Shown here piece after piece: positions 41,601 through 53,659 of a stretch of 64,000 nucleotides of DNA. Position numbers and translations under genes: made by a program. The stretch's first letter is position 1. Each line of letters starts with the position of its first letter. The DNA is from Squalus acanthias (Eukaryota). The notes beneath the pieces were generated by a model that worked only from the letters and a program-made list of their open reading frames with translations, searched no databases and was not told the origin of the DNA. The stretch spans positions 135,720,001-135,784,000 of the forward strand of contig CM059432.1 in the NCBI GenBank assembly GCA_030390025.1, read 5' to 3'.

Positions 41601-41838
41601 AGTTCCCCTCCAAGTCACACACCATCCTGACTTAGATGTATATCGCCGATCCTTCATCGTCGCTGGGTCAAAATCCTGGAACTCCCTACCTAACAGCACT
41701 GTGGGAGTACCTTCACCACACGGACTGCAGCGGTTCAAGAAGGCGGCTCACCACCACCTTCTCAAGGGCAATTAGGGATGGGCAATAAATGCTGGCCTTG
41801 CCGGCGACGCCCACATCCCATTTACGAATAAAAAAAAC
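38612..41838 (+). mobile_element. Full-length single-ORF APE-RT non-LTR retrotransposon (CR1/Jockey-group, distinct from the vertebrate-type CR1 copies) with a tRNA-derived 5' end; decayed
   Basis: APE start TNIW..LGEL..PDIVILTESYL (about 39040-39135), [63 protein letters not shown]; stop 41773-41775; A-rich tail; only about 430 nt between the 5' end and APE. Confidence 0.9.
38617..38696 (+). promoter_or_regulatory. tRNA-derived type-2 Pol III internal promoter
   Basis: A box TAGCATAGTGG (38617-38627); anticodon-like stem-loop ctggg-CTAGTAA-tccag (38636-38652); B box GTTCAAATCC (38682-38691). Confidence 0.75.
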
Positions 41839-42072
41839 GTTGGGTTTGACCAGTGTGCTCATAATTAGCTGTGTGTGATCAGGAAGCCAATGCAGCAAAC
41901 TCCATTTTTCTAGCAGTAAACTGACGTTGCTTTTGTTTTTAATTGATTTATAAAATGGCAGTGAAGAGGGACTAAAAGTAGAAATGAGTTGAATTTTTCA
42001 CACCTTGTTTTCTTTCTGCAAGGTTTTTGTGATCTGAGAGGCCTTGGATTGTCATTGCTTCACCTCAGTCAT

Positions 42073-42657
42073 ACAACTATACAGGGTATTAGTGAGACCA
42101 CACCTTGAGTACTGCGTACAGTTTTGTTCTCCTTATTTAAGGAAGGATATACTTGCATTGGAGGCAGTTCAGAGACGATTCACTAGGTTAATTCCAGAGA
42201 TGAGGGGGTTGATGTATGAGGAAAGGATGAGCAGGCTGGGCCGGTACTCATTGGAATTTAGAAGAATGAGAGGTGATCTTATTGAAACATATAAGATACT
42301 GAGGGGGCACGACAAGGTATATGCAGAGAGGATGTTTCCCCTCGTGGGGAAATCTAGAACGCGGGGGCACAGTCTCAGAATAAAGGGTCGTCCTTTTAGA
42401 ACTGAGATGAGGAGCAATTTCTTCTCTCAGAGGGTCATAAATCTGTGGAATTCTCTGCCCCAGAGAGCCGTGGAGGCTGGGTCATTAAATACATTTAAGG
42501 TGAGATAGACAGATTTTTGCAAGATAAGGGAGTGAAGGGTTATGGGGAGTGGGCGGGGAAGTGGCTTTGAGCCCAAGATCAGCCATGATCTTATTGAATG
42601 GCGGAGCAGGCTCGAGGGGCCAAGTGGCCTATTCCTGCTCCTATTTCTTATGTTCTT
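42073..42657 (+). mobile_element. CR1 3' fragment, close sibling of 37280-37858
   Basis: ORF 42044-42508 with CR1 C-terminal motifs; shares the distinctive 3'UTR gggaagtggctttgagcccaagatcagcc. Confidence 0.92.
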
Positions 42658-43282
42658 ATACAGAAACACAGCACGAGATAGTCATTGGGTGGGAGGTGGG
42701 GGGAAGAGTCACTTGACTTCGGGTGACAGTGTAAAGTGGGCGATATTGGAAAGGAAAATGGGGGAGATGTATAACGGAGATGTATAACGGACGGCTGACC
42801 CATTATCGCCTGTTTTACACTATCGGCTAAAATCAAAATTTCCCCCATCTTGTGATTGAAAGTAGAAAATCAGACTTATGAGAAACTGCGAAAGCTAATA
42901 TTGCTTTAAAGATACAATTTTATCTCCAAAATGCAGATCAAAGGGCAGCCTGAATATTTTCATTGTATGGTACAGACGCACAGGAAGCATGTTGTGTCTT
43001 TAATGGCTGGACAAAATGAATACTGAAGTGTACTGAACTTCCTCTTCAACTTTCAAAATTATGTAAATATATCCACCATGTAACTTATGCAAGAAAAAAT
43101 GATATCTTATTAAAGTGTAAAATGCTGAATATTACAAAGAGAAAATAAACACAAGTGGAACGATCACAGAAACTTTCATGATCGACAGTGTTTTCTGACT
43201 TAACTCAAATGTTGTAATTTAAAAAAGAATTGAGGCGAAAAGGCTGCAAATGATTCAGGTGAACATTTGCGGAAAACACAAT

Positions 43283-44152
43283 GGCCGGAATTTTCAGAGG
43301 TAAGTGCGGGTGGGTTGGAGGCGTGGGGGGAGGTGAAAGTTGAAATAATGTGAACCCTGACCCCAACCTGCCTCCAACCTGCCCACTTTCATCTTTAACT
43401 TAGGCGGGACAGGGTTGGGGGGGTTGGGGGGGAAGGGGGTATCAGGCTGCCAACCCGCTGCCAGGAGGCGGGTTGGCAATTTACATATTATAATGAGGCC
43501 TGAATCCTCTACTTTAACCTGCTTTGTAGGTTTTACTGCCGGGGATCCCTGGGCTCGGGATTACTGGTAGCTGCAACGAGGCGGCCTCAGCTTTGTGGGC
43601 CAGGAGGAGCGGGAGTGCTTCCTCCCGGCCCCCCCTAAGCTCCCCCGCCATCAGCCTGGCCCTTCCCGGGGTTGGGGTTCAGACCCCCCCCGGGATCGGA
43701 CTCCTCCCCCTGGGCCTGGAACACCACCCCTCCCCCCGGGATTGCGTCTGGGCCCCGGGGTAGGGGATCGTAACCCCCCCCCCCCGCCCCATGGATTGTG
43801 ACTCAGCCCCGGGGTTGGGGTTCGGATCACCCCCGCAGGATCGAGCTCACACCCCACCCCCCCTCCATGGTCTGGGATCGGATCCCCCCTCCAAGGGATT
43901 GGACTTCCCCCGGGCATGGACACTCCCCTCCACCCCCCCCACCATCCTGGGCCCAGCTCTTACCTTGTCCTGTGGCCTCCTTCTCTGCGTTCCCCGCACG
44001 ACTGGAAGCCAGCCTGACAATCAGGCTGACTTCCGGGTGGGGAACCCGCCCCTGACATCGCACGCACGCTGTGGAGTTATGACCTTCCGGGTTTCCCGCC
44101 ACCTCCCGGGTCCCCCTGCACCATACGGTTGGGACCCAGCAATATCCAGCCC
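43283..44152. mobile_element. Harbinger-type GC-rich non-autonomous element
   Basis: Imperfect TIRs ggccggaatttt / aatatccagccc; TSD AAT; C-rich internal repeats. Confidence 0.65.
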
Positions 44153-44314
44153 AATGTGTTTTGTGAAAATCTTATCAGTTAGATTCTGTTGGCATTCTGA
44201 TTAATAAACGGGACTGCTAAATATGTTCTTTGCTTTTGAAATTATAAATGAAAGTTTTTCTTGCCTATGAATATGATGTTACTTTGACCCTCTGCTGCAT
44301 GTCTCATATTACAT

Positions 44315-44675
44315 TGACACTCCAGTGCAGTGCTGAGGGAGTGCTGCACTGTCGGAGGTGCCGTCTTTCGGATGAGACGTTAAACCGAAGCCCTGTCTGC
44401 TCCCACATAAAAGATCCCACGGCACTATTTTGAAGAAGAGCAAGGGAGTTCTCCCCGGTATCCTGGGCCAATATTTGTCCCTCAACATACATCACTAAAA
44501 CAGATTATCTAGTCATTCCCACATTGCTGTTTGTGGGAGCTTGCTGTGCGCAAATTGGCTGCTGCGTTTCCTACATTACAACAGTGACTGCACTTCAAAA
44601 AGTACTTCATTGGTTGTAAAGCGCTTTGGGACGTCCTGAGGTTGTGAAAGGTGCTATATAAATGCAAGTCTTTCT
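44315..44675 (+). mobile_element. SacSINE1-like SINE (5'-truncated)
   Basis: Matches about 21530-21910. Confidence 0.85.
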
Positions 44676-45203
44676 GTTTTTTGAAATTGAACTCGTAAAC
44701 TATAAATTATAAATATTGTATTTTTAAAATGTTCTGTTTAATTATTCTCTTCTTTCTCCTAGGTCTGTCTCTGCCAATATTGCATTGTAATTGTCTGCAA
44801 GGAGATGTACACAGAGTCCAGTGCCGGTCTTGCTGTAATTTTAGTTTCCTTCTTGTGTGGAAGCCTCTGAGGTTTGCACTCAGTGTGTCCTCATGTCAGT
44901 GTGGTTTTAATTGAGAATTTTCTGTATCGGGAGATTTTGACCGCATGCACAGTCAGCTCACAGCTTAGTATTCAAACTCTGAGTAAATATCGTCTTTTTC
45001 CAATTCATTTCAATTCATTTATCAAATTTAGATTTTAAAAAATTGATGACCAATTTACCAGAAAAAAAACATTTTTCACAACTACCTCCTGTGTGATAAG
45101 AGGAATGATTAACTAACGCCTCAAAGTTCTAGTGAGCAGCAGGAAGTCTTGATAAAATCATCAGCAGTCAGAGGCAAGTACCTCAGATGTCTCATTTAGA
45201 CAG

Positions 45204-45738
45204 AAATGAGAAGTCGCACAACACCAGGTTATAGTCCAACAGTTTTATTTGAAATTACGAGCTTTTGGAGCGCTGTTCCTTCGTCAGGTAAAGTGAGGGA
45301 ATACAAATCAGTTACAAAGCATATATAGACAGAGAACAATGTGTCTGCAGAGATACAATCCGTCAGGGAGGCATTACATCAAAGACACAGCAGAATACAG
45401 CTAAGACAATGAGGTGGGGTCACAGGGGGTCCAACGTGTCAAATGCTGCAGTCTGCAGTTAAGCTTTTTACTTTTTTTTAAAACTGGAAATCACATCTGT
45501 GAACAAGACAACGACGACTCTAGTCTGGACTCTAGTCTGGACTCTAGTCACGTCCTGTTGCGTGACATGAAACCGAGATCCCGGTTGAGGCCGTCCTCAT
45601 GGGTGCGGAACTTGGCTATCAGTTTCTGCTCGATGATTTTGCGTTGTTGTGTGTCTCGAATAAAACTGTTGGACTATAACCTGGTGTTGTGCGACTTCTC
45701 ATTTTTGTCCACCCGAGTCCAACACCGGCATCTCCGCA
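45204..45738 (-). mobile_element. 5'-truncated Penelope-like element with inverted pseudo-LTR
   Basis: Minus strand about 45548-45658 reads RDTQQRKIIEQKLIAKFRTHEDGLNRDLGFMS (GIY-YIG endonuclease C-terminus type); inverted repeats 45204-45249 / 45659-45704; 12-bp TSD tcatttagacag (45192-45203 / 45739-45750). Confidence 0.85.
45255..45291 (-). ncRNA. Minimal type I hammerhead ribozyme motif (one core substitution)
   Basis: Minus strand ttac-CTGACGA-a-gga-acagcgc-tcc-aAAA-gc-TC-gtaa; stem I ttac/gtaa, stem II gga/tcc, palindromic AGCT; GAAA reads AAAA. Confidence 0.7.
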
Positions 45739-45907
45739 TCATTTAGACAGGTACAGTAGCAGTAATTTGAGAGTCCAAAGTGAGATAGCATTTATACAGC
45801 CACACAATACTGTATCCTAAACACAGTTGAATCTCCATTATCCCTTATTCCCCATTATCCACTACAACTTTCAGGGCACAAAGCCTTACATGAGATGATA
45901 CCTCACC

Positions 45908-46143
45908 TCTTTACCCAGAGAGTGGTGAGAATGTGGAACTTGCTACCACAAGGAGTAGTTGAGGCGAATGGTATAGATGCATTTAAGGGGAAGCTAGATA
46001 AACACATGAGGGAGAAAGGAATGGAAGTTTATGCAGATAGGGTTAGATGAAGTAAGGTGGGAGGAGGCTCGTGTGGAGCAGAAACACCAGCACGGACCAG
46101 TTGGGCCGAATGGCCTGTTTCTGTGCTGTACATTCCATGTAAT
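45908..46143 (+). mobile_element. CR1 3' end
   Basis: tttacccagagagtggtgagaatgtggaac...gggccgaatggcctgtttctgtgctgt. Confidence 0.8.
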
Positions 46144-46405
46144 TACCTAGCTCTCTAACATCCAAGAAAGATTACATTCAACTTATGGTATTTTCACTGT
46201 ATTTATCTTCATTTCCATGCCTTGGGTATTGCTGCATACGTTTTGAGTAATTTCCATTATTTACCATGGTGGAAAATGAAGATTTCTCTGGGGGGATTAA
46301 TATTAAATTAATTTGAAGATACAAAACATGAATATTCTTTACTGCACTCACAATTAATAATATGCTATGTGATGGCGGGCGTTATTGCGGTAGATAAAAA
46401 GTAAA

Positions 46406-47122
46406 GGGGGAAAAATTGGGGGCGCTAACAGGACACAAAGCAACTAGTGCCCTGGGCGCGGCGCCGCTAACGCCTCCTGCGAAATTCAGCGGGAGGTTAG
46501 CGGCGGCGGTAGTCGGTAGTGCCCCGCGGAGCTGCGCCTCCGGCGATGATGTCATCGTCATGTGCAGCGCCCCGCTTGTGCCCCGGCCGCAAACTTGGCT
46601 CGCGCCCCCTGACCTACCGCCGGACGCTATGTCCGACAGGGTCAGGGTGCTGTGTTTGTGGCTGGGGCGGCACAAATTAAAGGGCAGGTGCCGGGCAGCC
46701 ATCTTTTTGGGCCGCCTGCCAGCACCTGCCCCCTCTCGCCTCCTCCTGCGGGGTGCCGGCCGCGATCGGTCAGCCCGGCACTCTTCTTGAATGCTGGGCT
46801 CTTTTGCCGGCACCCCGCTCCCCGGTGGTCCAGCAGGGCCCTGGTGCGCACTGCGCTAGGCCCCTGCCCTTTAATCAGGGGAGGGAGGCCTGTAGTACCG
46901 CGGCGCTACGTGCCGGCGCGCGTGGTGCTGCTGCATGTGGTGCTGCAATATTGAATGGGAGCGCCCCAAAGGGAGGGGGTGCGCTTCCAGTAGCGCCCTG
47001 CCTCCTGCTTGGGGCGCTACCATTGAATTTCTGGCGCGGGGGCGCTAACTTTTTCAGGGCGCTAAAAGTAGCGCCCCGGTGAAGGTAGCACCCCAAAGGG
47101 GGCGCGACCCAATTTTTCCCCC
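46406..47122. mobile_element. Young CpG-rich Harbinger-type MITE
   Basis: 15-bp perfect TIRs gggggaaaaattggg / cccaatttttccccc; repeated gggcgcta / tagcgccc motifs; flanks AAA / AAC. Confidence 0.75.
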
Positions 47123-47499
47123 AACGTGTTTAATACTCATGGCATCTCCTCCCAACATTCTCTTGTAAACCACCTCACACCACTTTGGGATGTCCTGAGG
47201 TCGTGAAAGGCGCTATATAAATGCAAGGTCTTAATTTCTTTCTTTCTTTATTCACTGCATTCAGGCTGTGCTGCTGAACCCTGAACCCTTACATCTTTTT
47301 CACGTGCTTGGCATGGGCAGGGAGCCTTAAACTATGGGTGTTTCCAATAAATGTGTTCTTCTGGGACACAGTCATGTTCTGCATTGCCTCATTGCTGAGC
47401 GTGCCACTACTTCAGAATGCTAGTCCCAGGCTTGCAACATTGGCAGTGAGTGGTGAGTATGTACCCAGCACTCTGGGCCAAGATCTGCCCTATCACCCA

Positions 47500-48590
47500 T
47501 ACCCTGTTCACTAATATATTGGGAATAAAAGTGGACTCACAGCTGACCCCTGGGGTAGACCACTTTCAACCCTTCTCCATTCCGAGCAATACATATTTAC
47601 CCTAACTCTTTGTTTCCTGTTCAGCTACTAATGGTAGATTCATACTGCAATGTTCCTTCTTATGTTTCTGACAAGCCTCTTTGAGACACCTTATCGTTCT
47701 GAAATTCCATGTGTAGTACACATATTCCTTTCCCTTTATCTATCAAAAAAAACTCTAATAGATTTGTGAAACAAATCTTGCATTTAATAAATTCATATTG
47801 GCTGTTCTTGCTTAATCCATGCCTTTCCAAATACTCACTAAGTTGATCTTGAATTATGGAGAGTTTACCCACAACTGACATTGGACTAACTGGTCTATAT
47901 TTACCCAGTTTATCACAAAAGCCTTCCCACAAAATAAATATGGATGAGAAAGGCCATTTAGCCCATCTTAGTTCATCCATCCAGAAAGAGCTGAATGTCT
48001 ACCTGTTGCAGCATCCAATTATTTCTTAAATGATTCCATGGTTTTCGCCTCCACTAGTCTAACTGGAAGTCCATTCCACATATTGATCGCTGTGTGTGTG
48101 AAGAACTTCCTGATATCAGTCCTAAATTTTCCTTTTACTAGGTTCAACCTGCACCCCTTGCTACACTCTCACAATTTAGTTTAAATTAATGTTCCTCATT
48201 CACCTTTTCCATGCTATGTACTATCTTATTTACCTCAAAAATAACACTTCTAAGATGGCACCTTTCAAGCCTGAAAAGCCCCAGTAGTCTTTCCTCGTAA
48301 CTCAAATCTTTGCTCAGTCTTACAGCTCTTCCCTGCATTGCCTCCAGCACTAGAATGTCTCCCTTGTCTCCTGGTGGTCAGAAAAGGACACAGTTCTCAA
48401 GTGGCGGTCTGAGCAGAGGCCTGTACAGTTTGATCATGACCTCCTCTGATTTGTATTCTACTGTTTGGGCGACATAGGTCAACTTTCTCTTGACCTTGTT
48501 GATTGCTGCTCGGCACTGGTTGCCCATGTTGAACGTTGAGTCTACTAGGATTTCCAGATCTTTCAACGTCAACCCCTCTCTTGCATCTTC
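47500..48590 (-). mobile_element. Old decayed CR1 fragments
   Basis: Minus ORFs 47660-47980 (YRPVSPMSVVGK, CFTNLLEFF) and 48378-48596 (LYRPLLRPPLENCVLF). Confidence 0.7.
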
Positions 48591-48629
48591 TAACAAGTAG
48601 ATTTTAAATTCACCTTAAAGCCAAACAAT

Positions 48630-49030
48630 TCCACCACCTTGAACATTCACTCCCTCCACCGCCGGCATACTGTGGCTGCAGTGTGTACTGCAGCAACTCG
48701 CCAAGGTTTTTTCGGCAGCACCTCCCAAACCCATGACCTCTACCACTTAGAAGGACAAGGACAGCAGGCGCATGGGAACAGCATCACCTGCAAGTTCCCT
48801 TCCAAGTTACACACTATCCTGACTTGTAAATATATCGGCCGTTCCTTCATCGTCGCTGGGTCAAAATCCTGGAACTCCCCATCTAACAGCACTGTGGGAG
48901 TACCTTCACCACACGGACTGCAGCGGTTCAAGAAGAAGGCTCACCACCTTCTCAAGGGCAATTAGGGATGGGCAATAAATGCTGGCCTTGCCAGCGACTT
49001 CCACATCCCAGGAATGAATTTAAAAAAAAA
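48630..49030 (+). mobile_element. 3' fragment of the tRNA-headed LINE family
   Basis: Matches about 41420-41838; poly-A tail. Confidence 0.88.
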
Positions 49031-49619
49031 TCAGTTTTTTCGTGATGTTGGTTGGGGTATAAATATTGGGCAGGACACCGGGGCGAATGTCCACCTGAGA
49101 GGGCTGGCGGGGCCTTGGATTAACGTCTCATCCAAAAGACGGCACATCTGACAGTGCAGTGCTCCCTCAGTACAGCACTGAAGTGTACTGCCCTTGTGTG
49201 GTACTGAGCCAAGCACCGCAGGAGAGCTGCAGGCTTTATCTTGATCTGAGCTGAGCTGGTTGATCTCAGGTGAGAGCCGTGATGGGCAAGTTACAATTAG
49301 CCTCATTGTCACTGGGCTATATCACTATATCACCCAGGCTTCCTGTTCCTGATTGTATCCGGCGATCCCTGTTGCAAAGTTTGCGTGTGTAAACTTTAGC
49401 TGGAAATAAAAAAAATCAGGCTGGTGTGTTGCCCCCTTCCATAGTTGAACAGCCTGACCAACCTCTCGGTTCAGGTTTACACAAGAAGAATAGACGCTTG
49501 GGCGATGTACTGGAGAGCTGTTGGCACTCCTTAATCATACCCTCAGCACAAGAATACTGGGGGCAAATTTGGTCAATCTCTTTCTTGCCCTCTGGTCATT
49601 TACTGAATTCTACAGGCAA

Positions 49620-49882
49620 CATAGGAATAGGAGTAGGCCGCTCAGCCCCTTGAGCCTGTTCTGTCATTCAATTAGATCATGGCTGATCTATATCCTAACT
49701 CCATTTACCCGCCTTGGTTCCGTAACCCTTAATACCCTTGCCTAACAAAAGCCTATCAATCTCAATTGACCCCCCAGCCTCAACAGCTTTTTGCCAGGGG
49801 AGTGTTCCAGATTTCCACTACCTTTTGTGTGAAGAATTGCTTTCTGACATCACCCCTGAATGGCCTAGCCCTAACTTTAAGG
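49620..49882 (-). mobile_element. CR1 3' end
   Basis: Minus-strand RPFRGDVRKQFFTQKVVEIWN; CR1-type UTR. Confidence 0.75.
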
Positions 49883-51935
49883 TCCGTCTGCTCTGCATTC
49901 TTATGTTGAAACAAATTCTTCCATATTTTAATGGAGGGTGTGCAACAAGTCAAATCAATGCATGGAAAGTAATGGGAGTGAAAAGTGTGCGGAGGTGGGA
50001 TCCTTCTCTCCTTCAACAAGGGCGTTACCTCAATTAAATGGGAAATTTGAACCAATCAACGTGTTTCACATTGTATGGGTGCATCGGAGATGTGCCAAAC
50101 AGAAAATTTATAATTCTATAGATAAATATGCTGCATACCCAGAGGAAATGATGTCACTGGCTAGTGTTTTGAGCCGAAGGATCATTGTTTATCCGTTTGC
50201 TGTAAAAGTCATTTTTCTGAGTCAACCTGCTGGCAGTGTGCTAGTGGGAATAATTGAGGACAAACATCTCAGAGTTTTACTGACAATCAATGCATCATTC
50301 TTTGACAGACTATTAACAATCTGTTGACCTAGTGAAAACCATGTTTCAAAAAAAAAGACCATCTTGTGTTTCTTATCAATAAGATGCTCACACTGCATAG
50401 ATGCATACACATATTGAATTGTTGGATTTGCAGTTAGCACACTTGAGAGCCTGTTCATTGTCAATATCTGACCCAAAAATAATGATTTACGTTCCAAGCA
50501 AAATGCTGCTTTTATTTTTTCCGTCAGCTAGTAGTTTCAGCCTCTGCTATCATGGCAGACCCATAGTTATCCCCCATACTGCTCTACATCTGGGTGACAT
50601 GAAAGATAATCACGGCATAGTTACAGTCCTGATAAACTATGGTTTCCTTTGCTTTGCAGCCCTTTGAAGTTGCAGACAGTTTCATGATACTTGATAATCT
50701 AATCTCTGCCCGGCTTGTTCCTTACGCTGCTCTGGGACAGCAGAGTGGAAATATTACAGTATGAGTATTGATTGCCATATGCATAGGTTATGTAGCGTAA
50801 TGACTTTTAAGATCCAAAGGTGTCCATCAAAGATGAAGTGTCAGAGGGGGATTCCTAATCATAACATCAGAATGTTAGTTTAATTTAAAGGGTGGTCGAG
50901 TGGGTGGGGGGTGGTGGGGGGGTGGGGGGGGGATCGGAATGATTTCTGGTCTTGAGCAGCTGTAGGCTATACACTGTAATTACCAATGCAAGAGCAATAA
51001 AGAAGTTGTTAATTATGGGTTTTATATCCTTGCAGCCCAAGAGAGGGGAAAACAGGACTAAAGGTTAAAGGGCTTTTCTTGGTAACTCCTAAGGCATGTG
51101 GAACAAGAACCACCAAAGAAACAACTTAACATCTAGGTGAAAAAAAAAATGTCTTAATGAATAGGACTTGAGCAGGAAATGTACGAGGACAACAAGAAGG
51201 GGGAGAAAAAACAAAGAGCAATTCTGATGCAAAAGACTTCTTTAATCCGGGATATTTAGGACTCAATCAAATGTTACAATTGTAATCCTTTTTCCGTTGC
51301 TAAAAAGAAATAAGGTTTGTGTTGCCAACTGACTGTGTCTGTACCAGGCCCTAATTCATTTGAACCCAGAGCATTGCGGTTTCTATACAAGATGTGATTG
51401 TTCCAAGTCCTGTCTACTTCATGTACACGTGTGTGCATGCACACACAAAAAGTTCAACTTGAATCAATTTTGCACCAAATTAAATTAAATTCATTTTTTT
51501 TTAAATTGGCTTATAAATAGAAGCTGCTTCTTTGAGCAGTACAATAATTCCATTGCTTACCATTCACATTTTACTGATAATGTACTTAGGCAAAAGGAAA
51601 ACAGTCTGCTGATTACTGTTGATCCTAAATTTGGCATTCCCAATGTAACAGTATAATGAACAGATTGTGAGGTTGTTTCATTAATGCACAACAATGTTTT
51701 TTATGTCTGCAACAAGTTCACAGCAGTGACATAAATACCAGTATTAGTGTGACATTCTGGTCAGCATATAATTATTAATATCTCTTCACTAATAAAAAAG
51801 GATGGCAAATTTTATTGACTACTTTTCTTATTAATCTGGGCCATATATAATTATTCCTGGTATGTTTGCAACGATTAGATCATTTAGTGCAGCAAATTTT
51901 CCGTTAATGCTTAGGGGAGTAAAGCTCTTGTCAGT

Positions 51936-53406
51936 ACGGTTTTTTGCGACATGTCAGGAATGAACAAAAAGGTTAGCATTTTCACACCTGTTTAATGACA
52001 GAATTCCGTGCACAGTTAAAGGAAAAATTATTTTATTAAGGTGTCACTGGTCTGTAATGATAGGGCCCGATAATGTGCTTTTTGAAGCCCGTTGTACAGC
52101 TGTGTATTGGGTGTCAGGGCCCTGGTTTATGAGGCATTGAGGCCTTCTGAACGCACAGCGCATGTCATAATGTGACCAGAAGTTCTCCATAGTGCTCACA
52201 GCCTGTGTACCTACCGTGTGCTCGGCTCATTAAGGGCCTGAGTTTAATGCAAATTCAGACATACCCGCTAATGTATCTGGAGTGCCTGAACCGTACCTCA
52301 CACACTCGGGGCCTATATGAAACAGGCTCCTGCGTAGGGGATGTCCTTCCTATTTGTTGTGTTCTTTTTCTTAAAGGGGACTGAATTGCTGGCTGTAAGT
52401 TCTGAGATTGGCACCTATTTCAATGTTACCTGAAAGCCTCTTTAGCTGCTTTGCCGTTTTGGAAGAATGGAACTTATTGATAGCTTCTTAAAGCTGGACC
52501 ACCAACTGCCCCCCCCCCACCCCCTGCAATCTGTGCCAGTTTTCCCAGGCATATGGTGCACTGCCAATAGAGGAGCTATGGATATTCCTTCGGCCATCTC
52601 TTTTATCTGCAGTTTATAGGGGAGGAGGATCAGAGGAGGCATTTTAGATGAGTGTGTCACTACCTTTGGGGCTCACTTGGGGGCCCTGTCCTTCATGCCG
52701 TCGCCTGTGTGCGTGGGCTGGGCAATTCTACTTGTTCAAAGAAACTTATATGCGGAGACTATGGGGGTGAATTACGTCATTTTCCTGCATTTCCGTGGCT
52801 CTTACGCTGAGGTTAGAGTGGACGAGTGGGAGAAACCCTGCCGAAGTTCACCCCCTACGAATTTGATTTTCTATATAGAAGCAGATTGCTTTTACTGTGA
52901 CCACTAAGTTTTATGCTGAATTAATGTTGTAGCACTACCACAATCGTCAGCTCCAACAGCAGTGGGAGTACTGTCATTTGAAGGAGGTGCCATTGGGTAT
53001 CAGGTCAAAAAGTGTTTCTTCCTCATGTTGCCAGAGGCCACTGGCGCCAAAAGTAAACGGTTTTTGCAACATGTCAGGAATGAACAAAATGATTAGCATT
53101 TTCACTCCTGTTTAATGACAGAATTCCGTGCACAGTTAAAGGAAAAATTATTTAATTAAGGTGTCACTGGTTTGAAATGATAGGGCCCGATAATGTGCTC
53201 TTTGATGCCTGGATCACAGCTGTGTATTGGGTGTCAGGGCCCTGTTTTATGAGGCATTGAGGCCTTCTGAACGCACAGCGCATGTCATAATGTGACCAGA
53301 AGTTCTCCATAGTGCTCACAGCCTGTGTACCTACCGTGTGCTCGGCTCATTAAGGGCCTGAGTTCAATGCAAATCCAGACATACCCGCTAATATGTCTGG
53401 AGTGCC
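51936..53406 (+). repeat. Local direct duplication of a unique-looking 350-bp sequence (51936-52286 and 53057-53406)
   Basis: Hand alignment gives about 20 differences in about 350 nt. Confidence 0.92.
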
Positions 53407-53659
53407 GGTCACCGAAGGCTGCTATTTTTTTCTGGCCATGAGCACGCTGAGTTCTCACTTCTTCACTGGGTGCGCAATGAAAATGGCATTACTGGCCTGC
53501 AGACCTATTCTTGACATCAAGAAGGTGCATGTCCAGAAAATGAAAGATGCAACATTGACTTTTAAACAACTGCACATCCATAAATTAGAAAATGTGGAAT
53601 TGTGTTTGAGTTACCACCAGCCGTTCTAAAAGCTGATCCACAACAGAACTGTGCCAAAT

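Noticed and set aside
43595..44204. Overlapping Pro/Gly-rich ORFs
   Set aside because: Stop-poor GC-rich MITE interior; the same applies to 46382-47096.
44735..44914. Strong plus-strand acceptor (ttctcttctttctcctag at 44762)
   Set aside because: No recognisable peptide or clear donor downstream; cannot be supported without RNA data.
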